Source: Chiloscyllium plagiosum (taxonomy: Eukaryota). From it: 64,000 nt of DNA. The first letter of the stretch is position 1; the number at the start of each line of letters is the position of its first letter. The stretch is from contig NC_057719.1 in the NCBI RefSeq assembly GCF_004010195.1, forward strand, positions 52,089,037-52,153,036, read 5' to 3'. A program made the translations under genes and the position numbers. Of this stretch, positions 51,936-64,000 are shown in pieces. Below the pieces are notes generated by a model. That model was given only the letters and a program-made list of their open reading frames with translations. It was not told the origin of the DNA and ran no database searches.

Positions 51936-52259
51936 AATGAATCAGAATTTTCAGTATCAAAAAAAAATTCTTGAATTTCCTCTCGTTTTAAATGGCAACT
52001 TCAAAATATCACCCTCATGTTTTCTTCAACATCTTATCAATGCAATTCCACAAACGGCAAACCCACAACCTGACCACATCATTCAGACAACTGTTCAAGC
52101 CTTCAGCACTTGGTTTCTTCGATCACAGGGTGTATTCGAATGCTTCTTTTGGGATTCAGTTAAATGTAGTTAAGAGAAGACTCAACAATAGCAATTTGCT
52201 TAAATATGGACATTTATTGAGTAATGATTTAAAAGATAGAAAGGAGGGAAAAATAAAAG

Positions 52260-55190
52260 ACTGAACTATGAACATTTATTAAGTAATATATGAAGATGAA
52301 AAAGGAAAGGAAAGAAAGCAATGAGCCTCATGCCCTCCTGCCCATCGGGGACCCCTCGATCGACGGCTGGTCTGGAAGCTTAGATTTGTTCCTGGCACTA
52401 TTCGCAATCCCTGTTCGAAGTGAAGTCTAACAACTTGGAACAAAACTCCCTGTCTTATGAAATGTAACAAACAGCCAGTATAGAAAAGCAACTTTGATTA
52501 TTCAGTATGCGACACGTACAGAATTGCTCACAGGACTCGTTCAAGGTCATGCAGTTGATTAATATAATCAGCAACGTTAGCCCTTCAGCCCATCCTTGGA
52601 TACTGATGCCTTGCACCCATCTTCCAAGTCTCTGCACACAGGTTCAGCCACACTCCATGTGGATCCACGCAGGATGCTTTACTACAAATAAACCAGTCAA
52701 TACTCAAGGCTTGTGTATGGCATGTTTACTTTTCTAAATTGGACCACTACAAGCGAGTCACTCACTGCATAGTTTTTTTTCCATTCCCAACACCTTATGT
52801 AATAAGGAGGCAATTGGTGTGCACAATTGGGCCTCTTCTATAGCAGCATTGAACTTGGGAGTGGCAGCACTTTGAGCAGCTCTTCTCAGCTGATCAATGA
52901 ACTATAAGAGAGATGGACATGTGAGCTGCCCGTTGTATAGCTCCCAGCATTGAATGAATGTATGCTCCTGTGAAAAGTTGATAACAGAATGAGGCTTTCA
53001 CTGCAGAGGTGTGTGCAATCATCATTGATCCTGTACACTCTCTCTCTCTCTCTCTCTCTCTCTCAGGAGATGGGTGTAAGGGTGGCATGATGTGCTTAGC
53101 CTCAATATTGTCCACCTTAATGTGCAACACCTTGGCTGCAATCCTCAGTGTCACAAATCGAGGATCTGTGATATCTGAGGCTATATGCCATTATGGAGTT
53201 TGTTGCTCATGAAAGATAAGCAATGCTTAGAAATTACAACTTCATTCACCTTTGGAATATCCAAGAGGTTGCTCAACTCTCACATGGGTGCAATGCACAG
53301 GTTTGACAATGCACTAGATTTGCACAATGTGACAGTGCAAATGAAAATACATTAATGAAAGTAAAAAGTTATTTAAAATGATGTACTTCCTGTGACATCT
53401 ATATGCCCTCAGTATGTATTCTCTCTCTGCCTCCCGCTGTGTCTAATTGTAGGCCTGACTTCAGCAGTTCAGTGGAGGGAGCCTGCTCTGTGATTAGATT
53501 AGTTGATTTGGAAGACTTCAGCAGTATTCCCCTGGTGCCTTTAGGCCCTGAAGTACAGGATGCACAGAGCCTCCTGCTCAGATACATGATCAGACTGTGC
53601 TGTTACAAGTTTCAGCATTACAGGTAGTGGAGAGCAGGAAAGTCTGGACCCAATGCAGTGTCTTAAAGAAAAGCTTCTGGAATATCTGAGTGTTCCTCCT
53701 CTTCCCTGTCAGTGCCCGATGGTCTCCCTGTGAGGAAGAGGCACATTGAGTAAGGTCAAGGTATTTGATCCCTTTCTTGCCTTGATGTTAAGCACTATTG
53801 CTAGGGCAGTGGAGTATATGTCCTTACACATATCTGGCAGACAATGAATGTTCTTTTGGACCAACATCTCTATGATGATCGCCAAACTCTTCAATGGAGA
53901 TGGGCAGGTTTTTGAATGCCGGATGCAGTGCAGTATTGATAACGTTGGTGGATTCTCCATTCTTCACTCCAGCTTACTCAACTGCTTTGAAAAATCTGCT
54001 TATGTTCCTGTGCCTGTCTCTGCTGTTTGACCAAGTCATTTATGATCTTCTTCCTGGGGCCGAGCATATGTCTGGTCTCTGATAGTTCTCTGAGTGTCAG
54101 AGAATAGGGGTATTTCTTCCTTGACTGGCTCCAGTGATGCACTCCTCACATTGTGTACTCGACTCTGTTCTAAAAAAAGAGTATCCACTGAAGTGAGTTT
54201 CTGAGCTGGTGGAGGGCACAGTTGTAACTTTATCTTTCTATCATCTGAGGTTTTACTGGCTTCCTTCTTAGAGCTGGAGGTAGAGCTGAGCATCTCCAGT
54301 GCTGCTTTCTTCATGGGCGTTGCCTGCTAGTGCCTGTGTCAGAGGAGAGTGGCAAGGGAATTAGCTGTAGAAGATGCATAAGGCCTGTGCAGAATAACAA
54401 TGAGTCCGTATTAGTGTCAATGACAGATTAGCACAACATAATGAAATGCACTGAGTTGGTTACTAATTGATGTTTGACTGTCCCCACGTAACTGTTCCTT
54501 ATCTTTTTTGGCCAAATCCAGGATTGTTTCCTCTTAGTGAGTGAGTAGACTGATTTCCACCACTCTTATCGCCAGTCTTGGATCTCTTGGGATAATTGTG
54601 AGACCTATTTTTCTGCAATGACACAGCGGGAGAAACGGATGGGTGAGGTACAGGGGCGGTGGTGATGTGTCCCCAGGGAGTGTGTAGGAAGCACAGAGGT
54701 CAGGAAGGATTAGTGGTTCAGAAGGATGAGAGGGTGATAGCACATGAGTGGGCATTCAATACTGAGACAGGAAACGGCATGGTCTCCTTTGGCAGTAAGC
54801 AGGAAAAGGGAACGCCCCCCTCTCTACCACCCTGTTCAACAGCACCTCCTGATCCCTGTGCTGGAAGTGTGGAGGTAGCTGGTCCAACCTCTGCAGGGCA
54901 CCGCAGTGTGATGGGTTATTTCTGGCTTCCATAATCAGAAGTGGTGTCCTGATGAACACTAGAGATCTGAGAGTCAAAGGTCCTGACATTGGCAATCCCT
55001 CTTTCACCTCACTTGCTGCACAATTCCCCAAGAAACATGGTCAGCATCTCTGTTGCATAATTTAATTTGGTGAAAAGTAGAAGGTAATGTAAGAAATGTC
55101 ACCCAGCCATGGTGGACCAGATGCCATGAAACTCACTCATGTACACACTTCAACTACAAATGGAAAAGCTCAGCTTATTGGGAAAGATCC
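52260..55190 (-). mobile_element. Decayed two-gene Harbinger element (Myb/SANT-like ORF plus transposase)
   Basis: 54590-54890: PPHFQHRDQEVLLNRVVERGAFPFP...RRP and HCRK (trihelix Myb/SANT-like PRFS..DLEVLL..V and QCRK motifs). 52300-53200: AVKASFCYQLF...IQRAAHMSI and PKFNAAIE (transposase traces). Confidence 0.6.
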
Positions 55191-56028
55191 CTCAACTGGG
55201 CTTGAAACTTTTAGTTACTGTTAAACAAATTCCGATAGGGTGATACATTTGGCTACATCTGTTTTTCATCCCTTGAGAAGAGAAAGGCTTCATATGGTGT
55301 GCCTGCAATACCTTTTTCACAATTGGACAGAACACTAACAAATTGTGAGGTAAACCAAACTGAAAAATAAATTACTAATGCTCAATTTGCCAGCATACTT
55401 TATAAACTAATTTAATTAGCATTAAAGTTGTTTTTGGTTACACTGCTGAGAGTGGTATCTGCAGTGGGACTAGATAAGGAGATAGAAGGTGTTTTGGTGG
55501 AGCCTGGACCAAGCTTGAAGCTGGTCAATGGCTATTGGTTTGATCCACTACTCACTGAAGACTCAGTAGTAGGAGACATCAGCAGTTATGAAATTATGAT
55601 GACAATGTCAGCAGGAATTGCTAATTCGCTGTGGGCAAAGTAATTTTTAGACAGGATAGTAACCCAGTGAAAAAAAAGCTTAATTTTACATGCACTTGTG
55701 TTTTCAGTCAGGGTGGGGCATGGGGAATGTAAATGAGGTCAGGTGACTAGCCCACCAGTTTCCAACTATTTCATCCCTTGTGTTGTTCCCCATTATTCAA
55801 GGGGCTGGGTAAGCATTAAAATCAGTAGGTCCTCCCATCATATTTCATTAATTAAAAGCTAATTGAACTTGATCAAGTAGAACAATCAGGCTGACATTTT
55901 AAGGTTGGAAAGGAAAGTATGTGCTATGTTTGGCTGGTCCCTTCCTTTTTCCTTGCCTCGAGAAAATCTCCACACTTGTACCCCCCATTGTACGATGTTC
56001 AAACTGAAATAACTGCACAGTGGCCACT

Positions 56029-56265
56029 GACTGTGTGGAGTTTGCACGTTCTCCCCGTGTCTGCGTGGGTTTCCTCCGGGTGCTCCGGTTTCCTCCCACA
56101 GTCCAAAAAGATGTGCAGTGTCAGGTGAATTGGCCATGCTAAATTGCCCGTAGTGTTAGGTAAGGGGTAAATGTAGGGGTATGGGTGGGTTTCGCTTCGG
56201 CGGGTCGGTGTGGACTTGTTGGGCCGAAGGGCCTGTTTCCACACTGTAATGTAATCTAATCTAAT
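56029..56265 (+). mobile_element. HE1-like SINE, 5'-truncated, young
   Basis: gactgtgtggagtttgcacgttctccccgtgtctgcgtggg...gggccgaagggcctgtttccacactgtaa(tctaa)n, with CpGs retained. Confidence 0.88.
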
Positions 56266-56295
56266 CCCATCACCAAGTCACCCTTTATTTCCATG

Positions 56296-56508
56296 TTGAA
56301 AATGTGTTGCTGGAAAAGCGCAGCAGGTCAGGCAGCATCCAAGGAACAGGAGAATCGATGTTTCGGGCATAAGCCCTTCTTCAGGATACCATGGTCAGGC
56401 AATGGAGGAGTCCAAGGACCTGCATGTCCTTGGTAGAGTGGGAGGGGGAGTTAAAGTGTTGGGCTACGGGGTGGTTGGGTTGATTGGTCCGGTGTCCCAG
56501 ACACCTGG
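56296..56508 (-). mobile_element. Penelope-like fragment (hammerhead-like terminus plus GIY-YIG C-terminal piece)
   Basis: 56296-56385 matches the 11191 family. 56400-56500 is homologous to 33400-33490. Confidence 0.75.
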
Positions 56509-56509
56509 G

Positions 56510-58062
56510 TTGGTTGGCGCCCACCTCTCCCTGAAAGACTCCAGGGTGTTGGTGGACACCGTGTGCTCCTTCTCCAAGGACACCCGGGCCCTAAGGTAAC
56601 CACGGAGGAGAGGCAGGCAGTCGGCCCTAACGACCCCCTCCACGGCCCGCTGCCTCGACCTGTTGATGGCCAGTTTGGCCAGGCCCAGGAGCAGACCCAT
56701 GAGGAGGTCTTCAGACCTGCCCTCCCTCCTCTGTACCGGGTACCCGAAGATCTCCTGTTTATTTTTTTTTTTCTCTTTTTTTTTTCCTTTTTTTTTAATT
56801 CAACCCCCACACTACCGCCTAACTGCAGTAGTGCTTATTTTACCCCAGCACCCATGGTGTGTGTGTGTAGGTGTGAGACACTGTGAGAGACACAAGGTGC
56901 ACAAATCTTTATTCAATTTCCACCACCAGGAAGATAGGAAAACACCCGGGTGGCCAGTGACAAGCACTGCCCTTCACATCAAAGGGCAGTGCTGTGTGAT
57001 CAAAACAGTGAAGGGGAGGGTAGGGACAAAATCAAAATGGAGGGAGAAATAATGCACTCCACTCCCTGCGGCGCCCACCTCTCCCTGAACAACTCCAGGG
57101 TGTTGGTCGACACTGCGTGCTTCTTCTCCAAGGGCTCTAACGTAACCACGGAAGAGGGACAGGCAGCCGGCCCTAATGACCCCCTCCACGGCCCGTTGCC
57201 TCAACCTGTTGATGTCAGTTTGGCCAGCACTGCCCTTCCTCCTCCGTACCGGGTACCCGAAGATCTCCTGTTTATTTATTTTTTCTTTTTTTCTTCTTCT
57301 TGAATCTCCTATTTATTTATTTTTTTCCCCCAGCACCCATGGTGTGTGTGTGCAGGTGTGAGACACAGTGAAAGANNNNNNNNNNNNNNNNNNNNNNNNN
57401 NNNNNNNNNNNNNNNNNNNNNNNNNNNNNNNNNNNNNNNNNNNNNNNNNNNNNNNNNNNNNNNNNNNNNNNNNNNNNNNNNNNNNNNNNNNNNNNNNNNN
57501 NNNNGGTGTTGGTGGACACCACGTGCTCCTTCTCCAAGGTCACCCGGGCCCTAACTGGCAGTTTTATTTCTTTATTTATTTATTTAGTTATTTTTTCCGT
57601 TCTTTTAACCCCCACACTACCACCTAAGTGCGGTAGTGCTTATTTTTTCCCCCAGCACCCATGGTGTGTGTGTGCAGGTGTGAGACACAGTGGAAGACAT
57701 AAAGTGCACCAATCTTTATTCAATTTCCACCACCAGGAAGATAGGAAAACACCCGGGTGGCCAGTGACAAGCACTGCCCTTCACATCAAAGGGCAGTGCT
57801 GTGTGAGATGTCCTGTTTATATTCTTTTCTTTTGAAAGACACAAAGTGCACGAATCTTTATTCAAATTCCACCCCGGTTCTCGGTCCACCCCATGCCCCT
57901 TCCAGTTCTCGGTCCACCCTGACACACCTTTCGACCACCTCTAGGACAGCCCGCCCCGGGAACCCACCATGGGTGACAGTGGTCAGGACGGCCTACCCAC
58001 CTTCCGGCTTCACTAACCACCCTCAGCACCTTCCGACCATCTCTGGGGCAGCCCACCCCAGT
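56510..58062 (-). mobile_element. Tandem stack of 5'-truncated Tx1-like (L1 clade) 3' ends and a short partner element
   Basis: Repeated ORF2 C-terminus FGYPV...LLLGLAKLAINRSRQ...FRGYVRA...FRERW, a common 3' UTR with AATAAA and A-rich tails. Most units are separated by ATAAACAGGAGAT. Confidence 0.78.
57376..57504. other. Assembly gap (N-run) inside the Tx1-like array
   Basis: Run of n. Confidence 0.99.
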
Positions 58063-58169
58063 AATCTCCTGTTTATATTGGTCAGCCAGGGTTCCTTGAT
58101 TGGCCAAGTATAACGACCTCAATCAAGGATCTCATAGTCAACGTGATCCACCTGGTTCCAATCACGATA

Positions 58170-58660
58170 TCCCTTTCAAGTCTGAGCTTCTATTGTAGCC
58201 TTTCCTGTGATGTTTTAGCCCCATATCTGATTCTTCTGACTCTGATTCTGACACGGTGGGCATGTACTGGATCATAGCTCTCCTCTTGAGTACAGAACAT
58301 CTCAAGAGATTTTCCTGCTCTTCTTCCAGCAGTAATGGTATCAAGGCTGCATTCTTCCTGGAGGATGAGATATCCTCAAAATTAGATGGGGGTGACGGCT
58401 GCCCCATGGTTTCTGACAGGCTTCATGGCTGTTCTGAGGGGCCCATACATCGGTATCAACTACAATGGCTTGTTGGCTCAGATCCTAAAGAACAGTTTTA
58501 GCCACTTGGCTAAGGCTCGGCTTTGTTTCATTTCATTAGAAAAAACTTTAAACCCACAGACAATTCCGTCCAAGGTTTCAGAAGGGAAGGGGACGAGCGT
58601 GGCAGGGGACAATCAATGGATAAACCACTTACATCTTGAGTGAATACCACGTACCCACTG
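58170..58660 (-). mobile_element. Probable Gypsy integrase / 3' internal remnant abutting the LTR
   Basis: PWTELSVGLK (integrase PW-x-x-L-x-VD motif), an LLRCSVLKRR tail, and purine tract gaaaggga immediately before the LTR start. Confidence 0.5.
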
Positions 58661-59129
58661 TGGGAAATAGAGCAACACATTACGTGATAATGAACAAAAT
58701 AATGGATTTTGGGAAAGGAAGAAGGAGGTTACTAGCTTCATTGGCAGGTTTTGTAAATGTGTTGTTAAGCAAATATGTGAAGTTTGTGCCCTTCAGTGTA
58801 AGGAAGTTATAGCCAGTTATGTAATATTTTTGTTTCAATAAGAAATTGTTCATAAGTGGAGATTTAGAAGTTTCATTCAAAAAAATCCAGCCTTTTGCAG
58901 CAGAACAGCAATCACTGCACTCTGTAATACACAATAATAGATTTATGTTTTAGTGAGCCTAGTGCTGAGGCTAACTCACTGGAGGCTCGCAGCATAGAGC
59001 ATTACAAGTCCAGTATTTTCTGTCCATTCATTTCATTGACTAGACCATTAAGGGATACAACTTTTCTGTCCTGAGGCCTCAAGCCAGAACACATGAATGT
59101 TTGCTCAATTTACAAAATGTGACACACAC

Positions 59130-60240
59130 ATAACAGTATAGCACTGACACAGGCCCTTCAGTTCACCATGTCTGTGCCAGCCATAATGTCATTCTAAACT
59201 ACTCTCATCTGCCTGTACATGGTCCATATCTCTCAATTCTCTGCCTGTTCAAGTTCTGTCTAAGTACCTCTTAAATGTTGTTATCATATCACCCTCTACC
59301 ATATAACTTTTGTGGCACAATTCAGGCATATACCACCCTCTATGGAAAAAAAACTTGCCTCGCACATCTCCTTTAAACACTCCCCCTCTCTCATTAACCT
59401 ATGTCCCATAATATTTGACATTTCCAAACTGAGAAAAAGGCTCCAACTATCCATGCTTTTCATAATTTTATATTCTTCCATTAGGTGACCTCTCAGTCTC
59501 TGATGTTTGATCAAAAACATCTCTCGTTTCTCCAGATTAAACATGATCTGTCAATTGTCAGCCCAATTCTCTAATTGGTTTATATTTTGTTTTATCCCTC
59601 TACAACATTGCTCAATATTCACAACTCCACAAATTTGTGCAGCATCTGCAAAATTATTAATCAGACATTTTCATCCAAATTATTTACATACATTGCAAAT
59701 AGTAAAGGTCCCAACACTGATTCTTGTGGAATACCACGAGTCACAGACTTCCAGAAAAACATCCCTCCACAACTATAACTAAGCTAATTTTGTATACAAT
59801 TTACCAACTCACCATGGTAACTTAATCTTCTGGACCAACCTGCCATAAAGGACCCTGTCAAATGTTTAGTGAAGTCCATATAAACAACATTAACTGCCAT
59901 ATCCTCATCAATAATCTTTATCAGTTCCTCAAAAAATGCACTCAAGTTTGTGAGACAAGATCTCATCTGCACAAAGCCATGCTGGGTTATCCCTATAAGT
60001 CCATTCTTTTCCAAATGCGAATAAACCTTTCCTTAAGTGACATGTCCAATAATTTCTCTACCGCTGATATAAGGTTTAACGGACTATAATTTCCTGGATT
60101 ATCCCTGTTAACTGTCTTAAACAATGGAACAACATTGGCTATTCTCCAGTCTACAGATGATACAAAGATCTCTGTCAAGACCCCAACAATCTCTCCACTT
60201 GCCTCCCTCGGTACTGGGGACTAATATACCTTAATGTTTC
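59130..60240 (-). mobile_element. Decayed CR1 LINE
   Basis: ORFs DWRIANVVPLFK..NPGNY, QHGFVQMRSCLTNL, HQRLRGHL. Confidence 0.85.
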
Positions 60241-61299
60241 AAGAACATATGCAGTTTCAGTTTCATCAAGGAAGGCTCCATTCAAGATCCTCCTTCCTAT
60301 AAAAATTTATTGAGATTCAGCAGAGATTTTTATTGCGGCTCTTGCTTCAAACTGCTTGGTAGCAGTCAATACCATATTACATCGTTTGCATCTAGTGTAT
60401 ATATTTTAATGTTCATTTCTTTCACAGTGTCTGTATGATTAATTGCAAAGCTTAGTACAACATCAATAGCTTCACAGTCATGTAGTTTTAGGCAGTGGTA
60501 ACAGGATAGCGAAATAGGCGTAAAATAGGAACAATTTTTAATATAGAAGGCATTTGTGTCGGAATTTTATTTTGTTATGTATTATTGTCAGATGTTGTAA
60601 TTGCATCAATAAGTGAGTTCATCTTATGTAGTAGAGGTATTATTTCAGTTCCATTTCAGTCTCCTCTGAAGTTTTTTTTTGCTTAGTTGGCACTGCCAGT
60701 TTTAGTTCTAAATCTCCTTGGGTGATTATGAACTTGTGGTGCCCTTGCATTCTTTTATATGACAGGATCATTCACACAGATTGAAATGGACTGTCTATTT
60801 CATCATTCAGTTTCTCTCAGCATTAGCTGTCTTTTTGACGGATCTTTTGCCTGGTGAATCAAAGGTCTTGCAATTCAATGACTCATCCTCTAGAAGTTTT
60901 GAGTTTGACAGTCCCTTATCTCTTCCTTTATTGTCTAAAATTTGAGCTATGCGTCATAATCAGTCAGACATCAGAAGGTGCAAAAAACAAAGAACTGCAG
61001 GTGCAGATTCATTAGAAAGTGCACACTGAGCAGATAATTTTATTCATGTCCACTGCCTTCTGAAGAGGGGAATTTTAACAATGAGAAAATGTTTTATTTA
61101 GTGGAAATATATTACGCATAGTGGAGTATGTTCACCACATTTATCCTTGCAATGTTCCTTCACAGAGTTTTCGTTATGCATTAATTGATTATAAAAGTCT
61201 GAATTTTACTGTGCGTTTTGGAGCCAGGTAGGTGAGTGCCTGGTGCTTCCATTACTGTCAATGGGCTGGCAGCTCAAAAGATGTCCACTGATTTAATTC

Positions 61300-62240
61300 A
61301 ACTTGTTTATTATCGTGTGTATTTTGTTACAAAATACAGTGAAAAGTGTTGTATAGTGTCATCACTCTCCAGCACCATCTTTAAAACAATGCAAAATAAA
61401 CCAAAACGTAGAACATAAAGGCAGAAAAATAAAATTAAAGAATGTGTTCAACTTTACTGTCCATCTTGTTAACTGCTCCACCATGGGCCATGGGCCTGGT
61501 GGCCAGGCACAAGTTTCTCTTGCTTCCATCAACACTCTCACCTTTATGAGTCCTCAATGGACCTCGCCAATGCAGATGCCACCAATACTGTCAGTACTGC
61601 AATGGCCCAAACTCGATTGCTTTGCCACCTTAACTCCGCTTTGGGCTCTCCTCGCTGCTGCAGCAGCTGCTAATGCCTCCAGGTCTCCCACTGTGCCCAA
61701 ACGTGCCTCCACCGCCACCTCCATGAATCTGTGCTGGATTCAGATGCCTCTGAGCCCAAAGTCTCCTCTGCTGCAGCAGCTATGAGTCAGCGCTAGGTCT
61801 GCCTTGATGATGCAGAAGCTGCCAGGAATCTAAACCCGCCTCTGATGCCGCTATCACGAGTTCACAGCACTAGGTTTGCTCAGATCCATGCTGCTGGGCG
61901 TACTCGAGTCTATGCTGCTAGGTCTACTCAGGTCCATGCTGCTGGGCTTCCTCGAGTCCATGCTGCTAGGCCTACTGAAGTCTGCACTGCCCGTGTCGAC
62001 TGCAGTCCATGCTGCTGGGCCTACTCAAATCCACATTGTTGGGCGTACTCGAGTCCACGCTTCTGGGCCTTCTTAAGTTTGCGCTTCTGTGCCTGCTCGA
62101 GTCCAGATTGCTGGGCCTACTTGAGTCTGGGCCTACTACAGTCCATGCTGCTGGACCTACTCAAGTCCACAGTTCTAGGCCTACTCGAGTCCATGCTGCT
62201 GGGCCTATTTCAGTCAACTCAGGGGAGTGGTGGTGGGTGT
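61300..62240 (-). mobile_element. Possible non-autonomous element with a Rex1-like tail and an internal minisatellite
   Basis: tttattatcgtgtgta...tacagtgaaaag at 61305-61345 resembles the Rex1 tails at 48835 and 51035. GC-rich body. Confidence 0.4.
61880..62215. repeat. 24-bp minisatellite (GCTGCTGGGCCTACTCGAGTCCAT)n, about 14 diverged units
   Basis: Directly visible. Translates as HAAGPTRV or MLLGLLES repeats. Confidence 0.92.
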
Positions 62241-63569
62241 GTGTAAGAAGTGTAAAGATGTTTTCCCCACCATTGGCAAAATGCCCTTCAATAAGATTTT
62301 TAGTTTTAAAGACTGCATCTGGGAGCTCTTTGCTCAGAGAATGGAATGAACTCACCTTATGAATAATTCAGGCAAATAGCACAGATTAAATTAAGTTTAG
62401 ATGAGCATAAAGTCATAAGAAATAGGTGCAGTAGTAAAACATACAGATGGTAGGCCTGCACTGTTATTTAATATGGAGAGGCAATAGTCCACTGAGAAGG
62501 AGGAATTAAAAGAGATTACTACTGGTAAACAGAAACACTAAATAAATCCTTAGTGCTTGATAAATTATACCTACAGGTACTGAAGGAGGCCGCCGTGGAA
62601 CTAATGTATGCAACGTGCCATGATCCACTGGAGACGGCACATCTTTAATTCAAGCCCCACTGTTCCCAAGTCTCAACCAATGAAAAAAATTGATTAAAAC
62701 ACCAACTTGCCCAATTTTATCTAATTATCTAAATCAGGTTACAAAAATATACACATTGGATTCATTAAATTAACAAGAAATACCTTTATTGTGAAACAAT
62801 TGTCTTTAATTAATGACAAAAAAGGGAATATGAAAAAGGAATATAATTGAAACTCTATGCCTTATTAAATAACCCATCCCCTTCACATATTAAGTTTGGA
62901 AGAAGAAAAACAAAATCCAGGAAACAGTTCAATAGCACTAAGGTTGATTGTATTCTTTTGCTTCCCTTTGATTCTTTATTGATGATACATGGTTGTTTTT
63001 AAACTAATACTCATTTTTTCATTCACCGGTTGAGAATTCATCCTTTCAATATCTCTTAAGGTTTTTAATTATTCCTTCAACAGGAATTTTGCAGAGGCAA
63101 CACTTTACAAATGTAAGAGGAAGTTAGCTGGTTGTTACTGGAGACTTTCTGGTACATCTCTAAACATGAGAAAGAGAGAGAGAGAGAAATAGATTATTTG
63201 ATGATTCCTCCATGCACAATGGATGTTTTCTTTACTTCACTTTTTCCTCACAAGCCTGGTCAGGAGCAACTAAAATGTTGTCATTAAGCAATTCTCCTTT
63301 GGTTCATAATACCTTTGCTCCATTGTGTCTGCCTTTGCTCTAATGGTTCCAGGAAAGGCAGAACTATCTGCAACTGACAATGTGCTACAGTAAACATGAT
63401 CTTTAAAGCTTCAACCATCTCCTTAAATAGTATTCTTGGTTTAAAGCAGTATCTTTCTTTATGTCACAATCTGAAAAGAAGGAAATGAGAATATGTGATC
63501 TTTACAATCAGTTGGCATCTCCAAAACTCTCTAAATTCTGAAAGAGTTCTGGCAGATTAGAAGCTGGCA

Positions 63570-63755
63570 AATGTAACATTACTACTTTAAAAAAGCGCTG
63601 GGAAGGGAGATAACTAGGAATTATCGACCAGTTAACTCAGCATAAGTAGGAGTAAAATGCTAACATTTATCATAAAAGATATAATAAAAAGGACATTTAG
63701 AAAACAAAATCAATGGGGTTAGACAAATTAAGTGTATGTTTCTGAAGGGGAAATA
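63570..63755 (+). mobile_element. CR1 RT fragment
   Basis: gattagaagctggcaaatgtaaca...ggaattatcgaccagtt, corresponding to DW-x-x-ANV...GNYRPV. Confidence 0.65.
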
Positions 63756-64000
63756 TAGGAATATAGAAGATATCAACAAAAATGTGCCATTCTATCCCTG
63801 CGCCTGCTCTGCCATTCAATCTGACCATGGCTGATCATTGAACTCAATACCTTCATTCCACTCTTCCAACGTATCTCTTAATCCCTTTAACCACAAGAGC
63901 TATGTCTATCTCCTTCTTGAAAACACATCATGTTTTGGCCTCAACCATTTTCTGTGATAATGAATTCCACAGGCTCACCACTCTCTAGGTGAAAATAACT
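63756..64000 (-). mobile_element. CR1 3' end (runs off the window)
   Basis: gccattcaat...catggctgatca...gaattccacaggctcaccactctct, the same tail family as 29026. Confidence 0.75.

Larger units (their letters stand above)
56005..58168 (-). mobile_element. Gypsy-like LTR split by stacked insertions
   Basis: LTR 5' half at 58063-58168 (gtgattggaaccagg...gccaatcaagg...ctggctgaccaatataaacaggagat). 3' pieces at 56266-56295 (gaaataaagggtgacttggtgatggg) and 56005-56028 (gtgcagttatttCA). Confidence 0.75.

Noticed and set aside
53038..53063. (CT)n microsatellite; also (GA)n near 63172
   Set aside because: Ordinary short simple repeats.

Overview
AT-rich, repeat-dense vertebrate DNA, very probably from a shark. 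This is an inference from HE1-type SINEs and HER1/CR1-type LINEs. There is no intact long protein-coding gene, and almost every ORF in the track is a retroelement remnant or spurious. Contents: many decayed CR1 LINE copies; HE1-like and other SINEs; Rex1/Babar fragments; Gypsy pol remnants and a family of short Gypsy-like LTRs; at least four decayed Harbinger/PIF transposons, one retaining both a Myb/SANT-like ORF and a transposase ORF; Penelope-like fragments and many short derivatives carrying hammerhead-ribozyme-like cores, often as TSD-flanked inverted pairs; 14-bp and 24-bp minisatellites; and one assembly gap. Five small minus-strand candidate exons (24.9 to 10.2 kb) join into one open frame of a gene I cannot name. 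The most notable pattern is that a Tx1-like non-LTR retrotransposon and short partner elements appear to insert repeatedly at the TATA-like motif AATATAAACAGGAGAT of one LTR family, at two independent loci. Everything was read by eye, so repeat boundaries are approximate.
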